Positions 20,122 to 30,066 of a stretch of 64,000 nucleotides of DNA are shown in pieces. Origin of the DNA: an uncultured Bacilli bacterium (lineage in GTDB: Bacteria > Bacillota_I > Bacilli_A > RF39 > UBA660); contig CAKPMY010000002.1 of NCBI GenBank assembly GCA_934168245.1, forward strand, positions 78,237 to 142,236. Reading direction: 5' to 3'. Below the pieces are notes generated by a model. The model ran no database searches. It was not told where the DNA came from and saw only the letters and a list, made by a program, of their open reading frames with translations. Made by a program: the position numbers and the translations under genes. How positions within the stretch are numbered: position 1 is the first letter of the stretch; every line of letters begins with the position of its first letter.

Positions 20122-20140
20122 TTTATATTGATTGCATAAG

Positions 20141-20172
20141 TCTAACAAATACATTTTGTTAGATTTTTTTGT
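20141..20172 (+). terminator. Rho-independent terminator after tRNA-Lys
   Basis: Hairpin TCTAACAAA-tacat-TTTGTTAGA followed by T7. Confidence 0.7.
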
Positions 20173-20309
20173 TTATATATAAGGGCTTCTCTCATTACAT
20201 CATTCAAAAATCAAAGACTAAAACAATAAGTATTATCATATCGCCCAGTAACAATACTAAACACTAAAACCTTTCAAAACAAAAAAACGGCACCTTTTCG
20301 GCACCTTTT

Positions 20310-21047
20310 TTATCCTTCAATACACGTATAACCATTATTTCTCATATTATTTAAAAAATCATTATACTCAGTATGTGAAGTTATCATTTCTAGTAATTTT
20401 TCATTTTCTTTAACATTATAATTTGCTGTAAAATATGTAATATTATTTTTTATTTCTACCCCTCCACTAATTCCTTTTGTATTAGAATTTTCTATAGCCT
20501 CTTTATTAGAAATTGTCCAATCATCATCCTCCGCTTTATAATTATTTTTAAATTTCTTTTCAATATATAATGTATGATATACTATTGAACCATTTTCAAA
20601 TGTCGTAGTACTCCTAATAAAGCCATCATATTTATTACTAGTTTCCGTCATTGAACAAACAACTATTTTTTTATTATTTGTATTTTCTTGTTGCTGATTG
20701 CCATTATCTTCATTTTGTCCACTTTGATTATTATTTTGGCCTTGGTTGTTATTTTGACCTTGATTACTATCTTGATTTTGATTATTATTTTGGCTCTGAT
20801 TGTTTTCTATTTGGCTATTATTTTGTTCTGTACTAACCTCTTGAGGCTTATTTTCATTTTGATCAGTTTCATCTTGTACTTTTTCATCATCATTTTTCTG
20901 TGCTGCATTACCAGTACTATCAGTTATTTCTTGTACCTCATCACTATTTTTTTTATTGGCTACATCATTATTAGTACTCTTCTTACCACATCCATAAACA
21001 CATAATAAAATCATAAAAATAATTACTAAAAACCTTATTTTCTTCAT
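20310..21047 (-). CDS. Lipoprotein with N/Q-rich low-complexity linker
   Basis: Signal peptide plus Cys (MKKIRFLVIIFMILLCVYGCGKKS), a long QNNNQ low-complexity region and a C-terminal globular part. Confidence 0.55.
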   Translation of the reverse strand: MKKIRFLVIIFMILLCVYGCGKKSTNNDVANKKNSDEVQEITDSTGNAAQKNDDEKVQDETDQNENKPQEVSTEQNNSQIENNQSQNNNQNQDSNQGQNNNQGQNNNQSGQNEDNGNQQQENTNNKKIVVCSMTETSNKYDGFIRSTTTFENGSIVYHTLYIEKKFKNNYKAEDDDWTISNKEAIENSNTKGISGGVEIKNNITYFTANYNVKENEKLLEMITSHTEYNDFLNNMRNNGYTCIEG

Positions 21048-21175
21048 ACTTCAACAACTCCTAACATTATTATATCACATCTAAAAAGATTATATAATAA
21101 CAATCATACCACCCAAAAATTATTCAAGTCCTTTTTTGCTACCTTTTGCATACACTTAAAAAGAAAGGAGAATTT

Positions 21176-21784
21176 ATGTATCAATTACCAATATTACCTT
21201 ATGCTTTCCAAGACTTTGAACCATTTATCGATACTCATACCATGGGTCTTCACTATCACAAACACCAACAAACCTACCTAAACAATCTAAATAACCTACT
21301 AATGCAAAATAACTATCCATACAACTATAAAGAAGAAGAACTAATAAATCATATCAACAACTTTCCAAAATCCGATCAAGAAGACATCCTCTTTAATCTT
21401 GGCGGTGTAATAAACCATAATCTATACTGGAAAAGTATAAAACCAAAAAATAATCAATTACCAACTGCTGCCCTAAAAAACCAACTCGAAAGACAATATA
21501 AAACTTACGATAACTTCTTACAAAATCTAAAAGACCAAGCCCTAAAAGTAAAAGGTTCTGGCTATACCTTCCTAGTAATTGGTAACGACCACAATCTAGA
21601 AATTCTAAATACTAAAAATCAAGATTCCCCATATCTCTATGGCTACACTCCTATTCTAGCAATCGATCTCTGGGAACATGCCTATTACTTAAACTATGAA
21701 AATGAACGTTCTAGATACTTAGATAATCTTCTAAAACTTCTAGACTTCACTTATGCTAATGAAATCTATAACAAAAGACAATAA
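21176..21784 (+). CDS. sodA: Fe/Mn superoxide dismutase
   Basis: YQLPILPYAFQDFEPFIDTHTMGLHYHKHQQTY and DLWEHAYY motifs. The start is placed at the ATG at 21176 behind an AAAGGAG RBS. The ORF listed from 21146 has no RBS. Confidence 0.85.
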   Translation: MYQLPILPYAFQDFEPFIDTHTMGLHYHKHQQTYLNNLNNLLMQNNYPYNYKEEELINHINNFPKSDQEDILFNLGGVINHNLYWKSIKPKNNQLPTAALKNQLERQYKTYDNFLQNLKDQALKVKGSGYTFLVIGNDHNLEILNTKNQDSPYLYGYTPILAIDLWEHAYYLNYENERSRYLDNLLKLLDFTYANEIYNKRQ

Positions 21785-21813
21785 CGATTAACTATATCAT
21801 TATTGTCTTTTTA
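21777..21813. terminator. Bidirectional terminator hairpin between sodA and the convergent amidotransferase gene
   Basis: AGACAATAA-N14-TTATTGTCT followed by TTTTT. It overlaps the sodA stop codon. Confidence 0.5.
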
Positions 21814-21841
21814 TTATTCCCTACCAAACTACTAACAAAAC

Positions 21842-22432
21842 TTATTCATCCTTAACAAATCTTTCTAGTAACTTTCGACTTCCTTCATCATACTCAAGCA
21901 TTCTCTCTGGATGCCATTGTACTCCTACTTGAAACACATCATTATCCCCTTCTACTGCTTCAATTAATAAATCATCACTATAACCAACCACTCTAAATAA
22001 ACAACTCTTACTAACAGTTTGTAAATGATGTGAATTAACCATGATCCTAGAACTACCAAATATACTCTTTAATATCCCATCACTTAAAGTAACTCCATGT
22101 ACATATCCTTCATCCTTCTTATGACTATCATTTCCAATAGAAATTAGTCCAAGAGAACTACCATATAAACACATTGATTGCATTCCTTGACAAATACCAA
22201 GTAACTTCAACTTATTCTCTAAAGCATATGAAATCAAATAAAAATCAATCGGACCAACATCATCTCCACCCGTAAGTAAAATACCATCTACTTTACTCAC
22301 CTTCCTATCAATTTCATCTCTTGAATCATTATCATTAATTAAAATGACTTTTCCACCAAATTTCTCTATTCCCTTAACATAATACTCATTAGCAACATCC
22401 GAGTTTTCTCTTCTAATTAAAACACCTATCAT
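21842..22432 (-). CDS. Class I glutamine amidotransferase-like / gamma-glutamyl hydrolase (peptidase C26) family protein
   Basis: Catalytic Cys context LLGICQGMQ. His/Glu near the C-terminus (VQWHPE). 196 aa. Confidence 0.65.
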   Translation of the reverse strand: MIGVLIRRENSDVANEYYVKGIEKFGGKVILINDNDSRDEIDRKVSKVDGILLTGGDDVGPIDFYLISYALENKLKLLGICQGMQSMCLYGSSLGLISIGNDSHKKDEGYVHGVTLSDGILKSIFGSSRIMVNSHHLQTVSKSCLFRVVGYSDDLLIEAVEGDNDVFQVGVQWHPERMLEYDEGSRKLLERFVKDE

Positions 22433-22447
22433 AACAAAAAAGAAAAG

Positions 22448-23668
22448 TTATCTTAACTTTCCTTTAACTCCTTTCATACCTTTAACTCCACCATTAGCAG
22501 CAAATCCTTGTAAAATATTAGAATCAAACGAATGAGTCTTACTAATTCTCTTCTTATACTCTTTAATTCCAATATTAATCATTTCATCTAACATACTAGT
22601 AAAGTCAACTCCTTTAGCCTCCCATAAGTAGAAAGCTAAACTTCCAGGAATAGAATTAATCTCATTTATATATACTTTCTTTGCCTTATCATCTATTAAA
22701 AAGTCAATTCTAGAGTTTCCCGCAGATCCTAAAGCCTTAAATGCTCTAACTGCCACATCTTCTACTTCTTTTCTCATCTTCTCACTAATATCAGCAGGTA
22801 ACTTTCTATTAGTAGAAGCCATACCCTTAGAAGTCTTAACTGCTCCTTTTCCTTTTAACTTACCATTCTTACCTCCACCAATATATTTATCAGTATAAGT
22901 TAAGAATTTATTACCAGATAATACCTCTTCAATTTCACTAACTTTTTGATGTTCAAAATTACCCATAACAGCAATATTAACTTCTACTAAGTTTTTAACA
23001 ACTTCTTCTACTACAATCTTTGAATCATATTGAATAGCCTCATCTATTCCTTCAATTAAACTAGCCTCATCTTCACATACACTAATACCAACAGAAGATC
23101 CTGTAGTAGCCGGTTTAACTATAACTGGATATTTAAGTTTAGCAATTTTCTTAATAACTTCCTCTTTATCATGTTTATAATCTATATCATAAAACCATAC
23201 ATAATCAGTCATTGGAAGTCCAGCACTAGCCCATACATCCTTCATAAAAGCCTTATCTTGTCCCACAACTGCTGCATATACATTAGGTCCAACAAATGGA
23301 ATACCTATAGTTTGTAAATATCCTTGTAATACTCCATCCTCAACATTAGTACCATGTACTATTGGAAATGCAATATCAATCTCTTTAACTATAGTTCTAG
23401 GAAATTTCTTTTTTTGTAATACATAAGCCCCATTCTTATAATATAAAACTACATTCTTTGCATACTTTTTAATCAAAGACAAATCTTGATATACATCAAT
23501 ATCCTTTAACATATCCCCTGTATACCATTCTCTATCTTTAGTAACATAAATTGGAATAACTTCATATTTTTCTTGATCCATTTTATTCATGGCTTGAATC
23601 GCTGAAATAATACTTACCTCATGTTCAACTGTTTCTCCCCCAAAAATAACACCAACTTTAATTCTCAT
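22448..23668 (-). CDS. ddl: D-alanine--D-alanine ligase (long form with Lys/Gly-rich insertions)
   Basis: Hallmark N-terminus KVGVIFGGETVEHEVSIISA, an ATP-grasp fold and the C-terminal NEINSIPG motif. It lies directly upstream of the murF-like gene. Confidence 0.75.
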   Translation of the reverse strand: MRIKVGVIFGGETVEHEVSIISAIQAMNKMDQEKYEVIPIYVTKDREWYTGDMLKDIDVYQDLSLIKKYAKNVVLYYKNGAYVLQKKKFPRTIVKEIDIAFPIVHGTNVEDGVLQGYLQTIGIPFVGPNVYAAVVGQDKAFMKDVWASAGLPMTDYVWFYDIDYKHDKEEVIKKIAKLKYPVIVKPATTGSSVGISVCEDEASLIEGIDEAIQYDSKIVVEEVVKNLVEVNIAVMGNFEHQKVSEIEEVLSGNKFLTYTDKYIGGGKNGKLKGKGAVKTSKGMASTNRKLPADISEKMRKEVEDVAVRAFKALGSAGNSRIDFLIDDKAKKVYINEINSIPGSLAFYLWEAKGVDFTSMLDEMINIGIKEYKKRISKTHSFDSNILQGFAANGGVKGMKGVKGKLR

Positions 23669-23682
23669 TTTTAAAAATCCTC

Positions 23683-25296
23683 CTACTCATTATATGTATC
23701 AGGCAAATCATTTTCAAACAATGCAAATATATCTTGCTTGCCATTATATATACTATTAATAAAAGCATACGCTTCTCTAACATCATTAAATACTATTATT
23801 TTATCTTTGTCAAATCCTTGCATTAATAATCCTTCATATATTGGTTTAGTTCTTTTCTCTCCAATAAGTATGGCATAATCAGCAACAAATGCAATTTCTT
23901 CTCCAAACTGCTTATTATAAAATTCTTCCTTCTCCCCAAGTTCTACCATTCCTGGAGTAACAACTATTTTTATACCTTTCATCATTTCTAAAACACGACA
24001 AGCATTCTTTGCTCCAATCGGATTAGAATTATAAGCATCATCTATTTGATAAAAATTACCAATCTTCTTAAGTTCCAATCTATGCTCTATTGGTCTAATC
24101 AACTTAACAGCCTCAACTAACTCATCTAATGAAATACCAAATTCCATTCCACAAGCAATACCAGCTAGAATATTATAAACATTATGTTCTCCAAGTAACT
24201 TAGTCTCAAAATGATATGTATTTTTATCTTTCTTAAATGTAACATCAAAATTAGTACCTTTATAAGTATATTCTATATTAACAGCCTTAACATCTGCATC
24301 ACTATTATTAATACCAATCCAAATAGTTTTAACTTTATTTTTCAATTTATAACTAACTTGTTTAGGATCATCAGCATTAAGTATCGCAAATCCATCACTA
24401 GGTAATGACTCAATCAACTCAAACTTAGCCTTAACAATATTCTCTTCACTTCCAAACGACTCTAAATGTGCCGTTCCAATAGTTGTAAGAATACCATACT
24501 TTGGTTTAACAAAATCACAAAGTGCTTTTATTTCTCCTCTAACATAAGCTCCCATCTCTGCTATAAAAACATCAGTAAATATATCTAAATGATTATTAAT
24601 AGCCATCATTAATCCATAATCAGTATTTAAATTCTTGGGAGTTGCAAAAGCATTATACTTAACATTTAAAATATCACTCAATATATTCTTAGAACTAGTC
24701 TTACCATAACTACCAGTAATACCAATTACCTTTAAATTATTCATAGATCTAAGTCTACGTTTAGCCTTATTTTTATAATAGAAATATACTAATTTTTCTA
24801 TTGGCTTATTAATAATATTAGCAATAAATACAACTAAAGTATTCAAATACATCATAACAGATATAACAAGAACCATTTTCCAAGTAAGTACTACATCATT
24901 AATATTTAATCCTAAAATAACTACTGGTATTAAATATAAAACACTACTCGTAAAAATAAGTCTCTTAATTCTCTTTGTAACAACTAACGGTTTCTTATTC
25001 TGATCTGTATCTATTCTCTTCTTCCATTTCATACCTAAGTATAAATTCAACAATATAACAACAACACTAACTATAACTGCTGAATATTTTATATCATAAA
25101 GTACCAAACTTTCTACTAACAAAATACCTATAATTACTAAATCTAAATCTAAAAACTGATTCTTATTTTTTACTAGCCATTTTAAATATCTATTATTTTC
25201 ATTATAAAGATTTTGTTGAATCATATGTAATGTTCTTTTCATCTTATAAAATAATAAAAATAGAAATGACAAAAGTAACAATATTTTTATAACCAT
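23683..25296 (-). CDS. murF: Mur ligase family protein, MurF-like (UDP-MurNAc-tripeptide--D-Ala-D-Ala ligase) with an N-terminal 4-TM segment
   Basis: Central P-loop VIGITGSYGKTSSKNIL and C-terminal DDAYNSNP motif, typical of MurF. The first ~150 aa contain about four hydrophobic helices where the usual MurF N-terminal domain should be. Confidence 0.65.
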   Translation of the reverse strand: MVIKILLLLSFLFLLFYKMKRTLHMIQQNLYNENNRYLKWLVKNKNQFLDLDLVIIGILLVESLVLYDIKYSAVIVSVVVILLNLYLGMKWKKRIDTDQNKKPLVVTKRIKRLIFTSSVLYLIPVVILGLNINDVVLTWKMVLVISVMMYLNTLVVFIANIINKPIEKLVYFYYKNKAKRRLRSMNNLKVIGITGSYGKTSSKNILSDILNVKYNAFATPKNLNTDYGLMMAINNHLDIFTDVFIAEMGAYVRGEIKALCDFVKPKYGILTTIGTAHLESFGSEENIVKAKFELIESLPSDGFAILNADDPKQVSYKLKNKVKTIWIGINNSDADVKAVNIEYTYKGTNFDVTFKKDKNTYHFETKLLGEHNVYNILAGIACGMEFGISLDELVEAVKLIRPIEHRLELKKIGNFYQIDDAYNSNPIGAKNACRVLEMMKGIKIVVTPGMVELGEKEEFYNKQFGEEIAFVADYAILIGEKRTKPIYEGLLMQGFDKDKIIVFNDVREAYAFINSIYNGKQDIFALFENDLPDTYNE

Positions 25297-25299
25297 AAT

Positions 25300-26025
25300 C
25301 TAACCTCCTAAAAAACTATTTAATATATTAACAACTTGTCCTAAATTCTCTAAATAAGCATAATGTGTCCCCGGCAATACTATAAGTGCCGCATCTATCA
25401 TTATTTTTTCTAATTCTTGTGCTTCCTGCACTGGCACAGCCTCATCATGCTCCCCCCATATTAATAACGTTGGCTCCTCTATTCTTCTCGCGAACCCTGC
25501 TAAATCTTCATTAACTACATTTACTAATGTCTGTCTCATTATTGGACTAGCCATTCTATAATCAGGAGAACCAATATATTGCTTCATAAACTCTCCTAAT
25601 TTATCCATTCCTGGTAATTTTTTTATTGCTTTCAAAATTTTAACTGATAATGATAAGTTTTCTTTTTCTTTCATACAAGGACTGCCAAACAAAACTAATT
25701 TTTCTATAGGATTATCCGCCGAAAAGTATATTGCTACCCTTCCTCCAAAAGAATGACCTATAACAGTTGGCTTTTTAATATCTAATTTGTCTACCAATTT
25801 TTCTACCAAAACTGCATAATCTTTCACAGTCCAAGCCCGATCTGGTTCATCACTTTCTCCAAAGCCTGGAAAATCAATAATTGTAATTCTATGATTACTA
25901 CATAAATTATCACCCAACGGCTTCATCATCTGAATATTTTGACCCCATCCATGTAAAAGTAAAACATCTTTGCCTTCACCATATTGTATGTAATTAACAC
26001 TTATATTGCCTATTTTAATTTTCAT
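25300..26025 (-). CDS. Alpha/beta hydrolase fold esterase
   Basis: Nucleophile elbow GHSFGG, and the HGWG oxyanion region. Confidence 0.7.
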   Translation of the reverse strand: MKIKIGNISVNYIQYGEGKDVLLLHGWGQNIQMMKPLGDNLCSNHRITIIDFPGFGESDEPDRAWTVKDYAVLVEKLVDKLDIKKPTVIGHSFGGRVAIYFSADNPIEKLVLFGSPCMKEKENLSLSVKILKAIKKLPGMDKLGEFMKQYIGSPDYRMASPIMRQTLVNVVNEDLAGFARRIEEPTLLIWGEHDEAVPVQEAQELEKIMIDAALIVLPGTHYAYLENLGQVVNILNSFLGG

Positions 26026-26121
26026 GCTTCCATCACCTATACAAAAATTATATCATAAATAGTACTATACAATAGAAAAAATCAACATTTCAGAGTAAAA
26101 TACTGTAAAAAAAAAAGCGAA

Positions 26122-26733
26122 TTATTTTTCACTCTTTTTATAAACCTTTTCTTTTTCAGTTGTAAGAGAAACCATACCTTCTGCTTTTTCTCCATTTAAA
26201 ATTTTTGTCTTAACATCATTAAAACTACTAATTCCTTCTAATTCAAAACCAATTTTATTTAAACCAATAACAAAATCACTAAAATTAGTAATAAATAAAT
26301 GACCATCAAGTACTTCTGTGCCCTTATCTCTTGCTATAACAGAGAAAGGTTTAGTGCCATTTTCTTCTCCTCCAACACTATAATGACCAGATATATTATC
26401 GATTATAACAGAAACCTTATCATCATAAATACTAGGCTCTCCTATGAAATAACCTTCTTCATTAAGTGAATCAACATCCGCAAAAATACTGAAGTTTAAT
26501 CCTAAATTAATATCTTCAATTACTCTACCATTATTATTTAGTTTTTCAATAACATCTCCAAACGTTTCTACAACATCAACTGAAACATCATCATTATGTC
26601 TAAATAAAAATGCTTCTGTATAAGAATCCCAAACTGGGCCATCTTCAAAAGTAAATAAAGTATATTTTTTTCCTCTTTCTGTTATCTCTTTAAAAGTAAG
26701 TAAACTGTTTTTATCGCAAATTCCTTTTTTCAT
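26122..26733 (-). CDS. Hypothetical protein
   Basis: 203-aa ORF with coding-like composition. No recognised motifs. Confidence 0.4.
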   Translation of the reverse strand: MKKGICDKNSLLTFKEITERGKKYTLFTFEDGPVWDSYTEAFLFRHNDDVSVDVVETFGDVIEKLNNNGRVIEDINLGLNFSIFADVDSLNEEGYFIGEPSIYDDKVSVIIDNISGHYSVGGEENGTKPFSVIARDKGTEVLDGHLFITNFSDFVIGLNKIGFELEGISSFNDVKTKILNGEKAEGMVSLTTEKEKVYKKSEK

Positions 26734-26965
26734 ATTTATCTATCTCCTTTTTATCTAAAATTCATAACAAAAATATATGTACATCTAAACTTTTTTAGAA
26801 CATAATTCGTACTAAAAAAGGTTCTCATATTATATCACAAATAAATAGAAAGTGCAAGTTACCAGTAAAAACAATTTCAAAGAAAAATCCAATAAAAAAG
26901 AGCCCAGCATTTCACTGTCTCTAAACTAATTCTAACTTCACTATCTAGTCACTTTAAAATTCCAC

Positions 26966-28081
26966 TTATTTTAATAAATTATCAAAAAATTGTACTCTTT
27001 CAGTAGAACCATTACTCTTAACTGCCGTATTTTTCTTCAAAGTCGTAACAAAGTTAATAATCGTAGTTAAATCATCTGCTGAAGCATAAGCTCCTTCACT
27101 TCCAAAAATACCAGTTCCATCTGCCAAGTATAAAACATGATAGTTATTACCATTAAATATTCCATCAAGCAACACATACTCAACACCATTTTTCTTATCT
27201 TTCTTAGCCTCTATATCTGAAAACCCAGCATTTTCTAACTTTACTTTCATTGTATACATATTAGCCTTAACTTCTGCAAAACCAATATCAGCATTACTCA
27301 TAATACAAGCAAGGGAATCTTGTGAATCTTTTATTAAAACAGACTCATAATCATTCAAATTATATTCCATTCCTGATACAAAACTCCATCCCTTAGGAAC
27401 TTTACCTGTTCTACCATTTACCGTAACATCAGAAGTATCAGTAGCAACAACACCTGGATCATCTTTACTAGGACTAGCACTCTTCTTATCTCCAGATGTC
27501 ATAAGATAACAAACCCCAACCGTAATAATTGCAATAACAACTACAAATCCCAAAGTTATTAAATTACTAGACTTAGTAATCTTTACAATAGATGCTGCAT
27601 TGTTCTTATTAGATAAATCTGTAGCATCCATAGAAATAGTCGAATTATTAGGAACAGTATTGTTACCATTACCATTCATATTGTTATTATTCATATTATT
27701 AGGAACAGTATTGTTATTTACCATACCGTTATTATTAATCACACCATTATTACTTGGCACAATATTCATAATAGTAGAATTATCACCAACTCCATTATTC
27801 GCCATAACAGGAGTAGAAGAATTATTACTAATGTCACTTATATTACTATTTGTATCATTACTATTATTTACATTTGTAGCAACCATACTAGAATTAGCAC
27901 TATCAACACTTGTTGACACATCAGTCAAAATCTCTGTAGTATCATCAGCAACCGAAATATTATTAATTATTGCCTCTTGATTACTAGGAGTAACCGCAAC
28001 AGTATTATCAAACCTAGTTCCACAATTAGAACAAAATAAACTTCCATTATCAACAGGACTATTACACTTTGGACAATTCAT
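26966..28081 (-). CDS. Zinc-ribbon domain membrane protein (N-terminal CxxC-x10-CxxC, N/S-rich linker, one TM, C-terminal extracytoplasmic domain)
   Basis: CPKCNSPVDNGSLFCSNCG zinc ribbon, and the TM helix LITLGFVVVIAIITVGVCYL. Start placed at the second ATG (28081), which has an AAAGGAGGG RBS 6 nt upstream. Confidence 0.55.
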   Translation of the reverse strand: MNCPKCNSPVDNGSLFCSNCGTRFDNTVAVTPSNQEAIINNISVADDTTEILTDVSTSVDSANSSMVATNVNNSNDTNSNISDISNNSSTPVMANNGVGDNSTIMNIVPSNNGVINNNGMVNNNTVPNNMNNNNMNGNGNNTVPNNSTISMDATDLSNKNNAASIVKITKSSNLITLGFVVVIAIITVGVCYLMTSGDKKSASPSKDDPGVVATDTSDVTVNGRTGKVPKGWSFVSGMEYNLNDYESVLIKDSQDSLACIMSNADIGFAEVKANMYTMKVKLENAGFSDIEAKKDKKNGVEYVLLDGIFNGNNYHVLYLADGTGIFGSEGAYASADDLTTIINFVTTLKKNTAVKSNGSTERVQFFDNLLK

Positions 28082-28177
28082 TAAAAGCCCTCCTTTATTA
28101 TACATAAATTATAGCAATATAAAAGAATAAAATCAATATTTTATTCCTGACACATCATTATCAAATTACTCATAAAA

Positions 28178-28681
28178 TCACTTAACTTTTACAAAAGAAT
28201 TAATAATCAAATCAAAATCATCATTAAACTCTTCTGCCCTATCTTTATCACAAATAAGCCTATAACTAAAAACATTCTCCTCATTAAACTCAACAGCCGT
28301 AGTAATTTGTTTCTTGTCATTTTCATAAACACCCATACAAATATGATCTAAACAATTAAATGATTCTCTCTTATAATCATCATCTACTAAACCATCCGAT
28401 ATAGAACTAGCCCTATTTTTATTATTATCAGAATCCATACCTTCTGTATTTTCTGTAACATCTATTGTAATTTTCGTATTTCCTTCCTTCTCACTAATTG
28501 TATAACTCCCATTCTTCTTATTAACCTTAAATCCAGTACCATAATTAAATCCAAACTCCTCATCACGATACTTCAAAAACTTCACTTTATTAAAAAATAC
28601 AAAGTAAATAACAAATAATACTATAATTAAGGCTAAAAATATTCCTAACCATAAAATAATCTTCTTATACTTCTTATCCAT
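28178..28681 (-). CDS. Hypothetical membrane-anchored protein
   Basis: N-terminal TM helix ILWLGIFLALIIVLFVIYFVFF. Start placed at the Met at 28681, after a GAGG RBS. Confidence 0.45.
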   Translation of the reverse strand: MDKKYKKIILWLGIFLALIIVLFVIYFVFFNKVKFLKYRDEEFGFNYGTGFKVNKKNGSYTISEKEGNTKITIDVTENTEGMDSDNNKNRASSISDGLVDDDYKRESFNCLDHICMGVYENDKKQITTAVEFNEENVFSYRLICDKDRAEEFNDDFDLIINSFVKVK

Positions 28682-28758
28682 AACATCAACCTCAAAAAAA
28701 TAATACCATAAAAACAAATAAATAGAAATATCTAAGAATAATATATACTGGTGATAAT

Positions 28759-29427
28759 ATGAAAACTAAGCAGGTTATTTCTCTTTTCTTAATAATAAAT
28801 ATCATTTTCTTTACTCATATTCTAAATATAAATGCTTTCAAATCAAAAACAAATAATGAAGAATACAAAATATCAGCAATAGAAAAAAACTATAAAATCC
28901 AAGTTTACTATCCAATAACTAAGTATAAAAAATTAAATACTACCATTAACAAGCAAATCACGAATTATATAAAAGAATTTAAAAACGATGTTAAAAACTC
29001 AACCATTCCTATAAATCAATACTACGATTTAATCATTTTATATGAAAAGTATGAATATTCCAATTATTTGTCTTTTATTTTTAGAATTGAAGATTTTACT
29101 GGTGGGGCTCATCCCAATCATCGTATTTATACCGTTGTTTATAACAAAGAAACTAACAGTTTTGAAACTTTAGAAAATTTAATTATGAAAAATAAAGATA
29201 CTTTAAATATCATCTCCGAAATAAGCAGAAATGAATTAAAAACTAACAAACGAATTACCGATATTTCCATGTTATATGAAGGAACCAAGCCAATTAAAGA
29301 AAACTTTCAAAACTTTGTCTTTTCTAAAGATGGTATAATTTTCTTTTTTCCTCAATACCAAGTTGCTCCTTACAGTCAAGGCGAATTTAATGTAACAATT
29401 CCATATTCAAAATTACTCAATCAATGA
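28759..29427 (+). CDS. DUF4163/DUF3298 domain protein (RsiV/PdaC-like extracytoplasmic domain)
   Basis: Signal/anchor N-terminus. YYPITKYKKLNTTINKQITNYIKEF resembles DUF4163, and FTGGAHPNHRIYTVVYNKETN...PQYQVAPYSQGEFNVTIPYSKL resembles DUF3298. Confidence 0.55.
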   Translation: MKTKQVISLFLIINIIFFTHILNINAFKSKTNNEEYKISAIEKNYKIQVYYPITKYKKLNTTINKQITNYIKEFKNDVKNSTIPINQYYDLIILYEKYEYSNYLSFIFRIEDFTGGAHPNHRIYTVVYNKETNSFETLENLIMKNKDTLNIISEISRNELKTNKRITDISMLYEGTKPIKENFQNFVFSKDGIIFFFPQYQVAPYSQGEFNVTIPYSKLLNQ

Positions 29428-29469
29428 TATAATTATCTAAAAATAAAAGTAACAAAAGAGGTGTAAAAA

Positions 29470-30066
29470 ATGAATACAATAAAATGTCCTTATTGTAGCC
29501 ATGAAAATTCAAATACAAACGATAAATGTGAACACTGCAACAAACAACTAATAATTGATGCGAAACAGTCAAATATAGATTTATCAACAGCTAATAATCA
29601 AAATTATATCCATTATACAAAACAACTAATAGAAATAATTAGTGGTATAATATTCACTGTTATAGGTATAGTCGTTATTATTCCTACATCTAAAACTGTA
29701 TTTAAAGCAACTGATACCATTAACATTATTGTTAGTGCATACTTTTCACTTATTGGTATTATAATAGCAATCTATGGAATTTCAAGAGTAATCAAAGGAA
29801 TCAAAAGAACCTTTGCCTATTACAATGGCAACCTAAATGTCGAAGAAAGAGAAGAAAATAGAAATATTTTTGGAAAAGATGGAGAGTTTGCTACCACTAT
29901 GCAGGCCGGTGCTTGGTATGCCTCATGGATTGGAATTACAATATTTCTTATCACAATGACCTATGAAGATCCAGATTCTAGTTTTAACATAGTATTCTAT
30001 ATTATTATCATAATTTATTTTATTATAGCCGTTCGTAGAATAATCACAAGAAGAAAAAAGAAATAA
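29470..30066 (+). CDS. Zinc-ribbon domain membrane protein
   Basis: CPYCSHENSNTNDKCEHCNK zinc ribbon followed by about 4 TM helices. 198 aa. See the finding on a possible frameshifted extension. Confidence 0.55.
   Translation: MNTIKCPYCSHENSNTNDKCEHCNKQLIIDAKQSNIDLSTANNQNYIHYTKQLIEIISGIIFTVIGIVVIIPTSKTVFKATDTINIIVSAYFSLIGIIIAIYGISRVIKGIKRTFAYYNGNLNVEEREENRNIFGKDGEFATTMQAGAWYASWIGITIFLITMTYEDPDSSFNIVFYIIIIIYFIIAVRRIITRRKKK

Noticed and set aside
20281-20312. Direct repeat CGGCACCTTTT x2 followed by a T-run, a possible terminator
   Set aside because: The two copies are direct repeats, not inverted ones, so no stable hairpin forms. I could not support a terminator call.
20651-21005. ORFs 20651..20836 and 20688..21005 (+)
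   Set aside because: They are antisense to the low-complexity N/Q linker region of the lipoprotein gene. These are repeat-driven open frames.
21146-21175. Upstream ATG (MHTLKKKGEF) for sodA
   Set aside because: There is no RBS. The ATG at 21176 is preceded by AAAGGAG and gives the canonical SOD N-terminus.
27600-27980. ORF 27600..27980 (+)
   Set aside because: It is antisense to the N/S-rich low-complexity part of the zinc-ribbon membrane protein gene.
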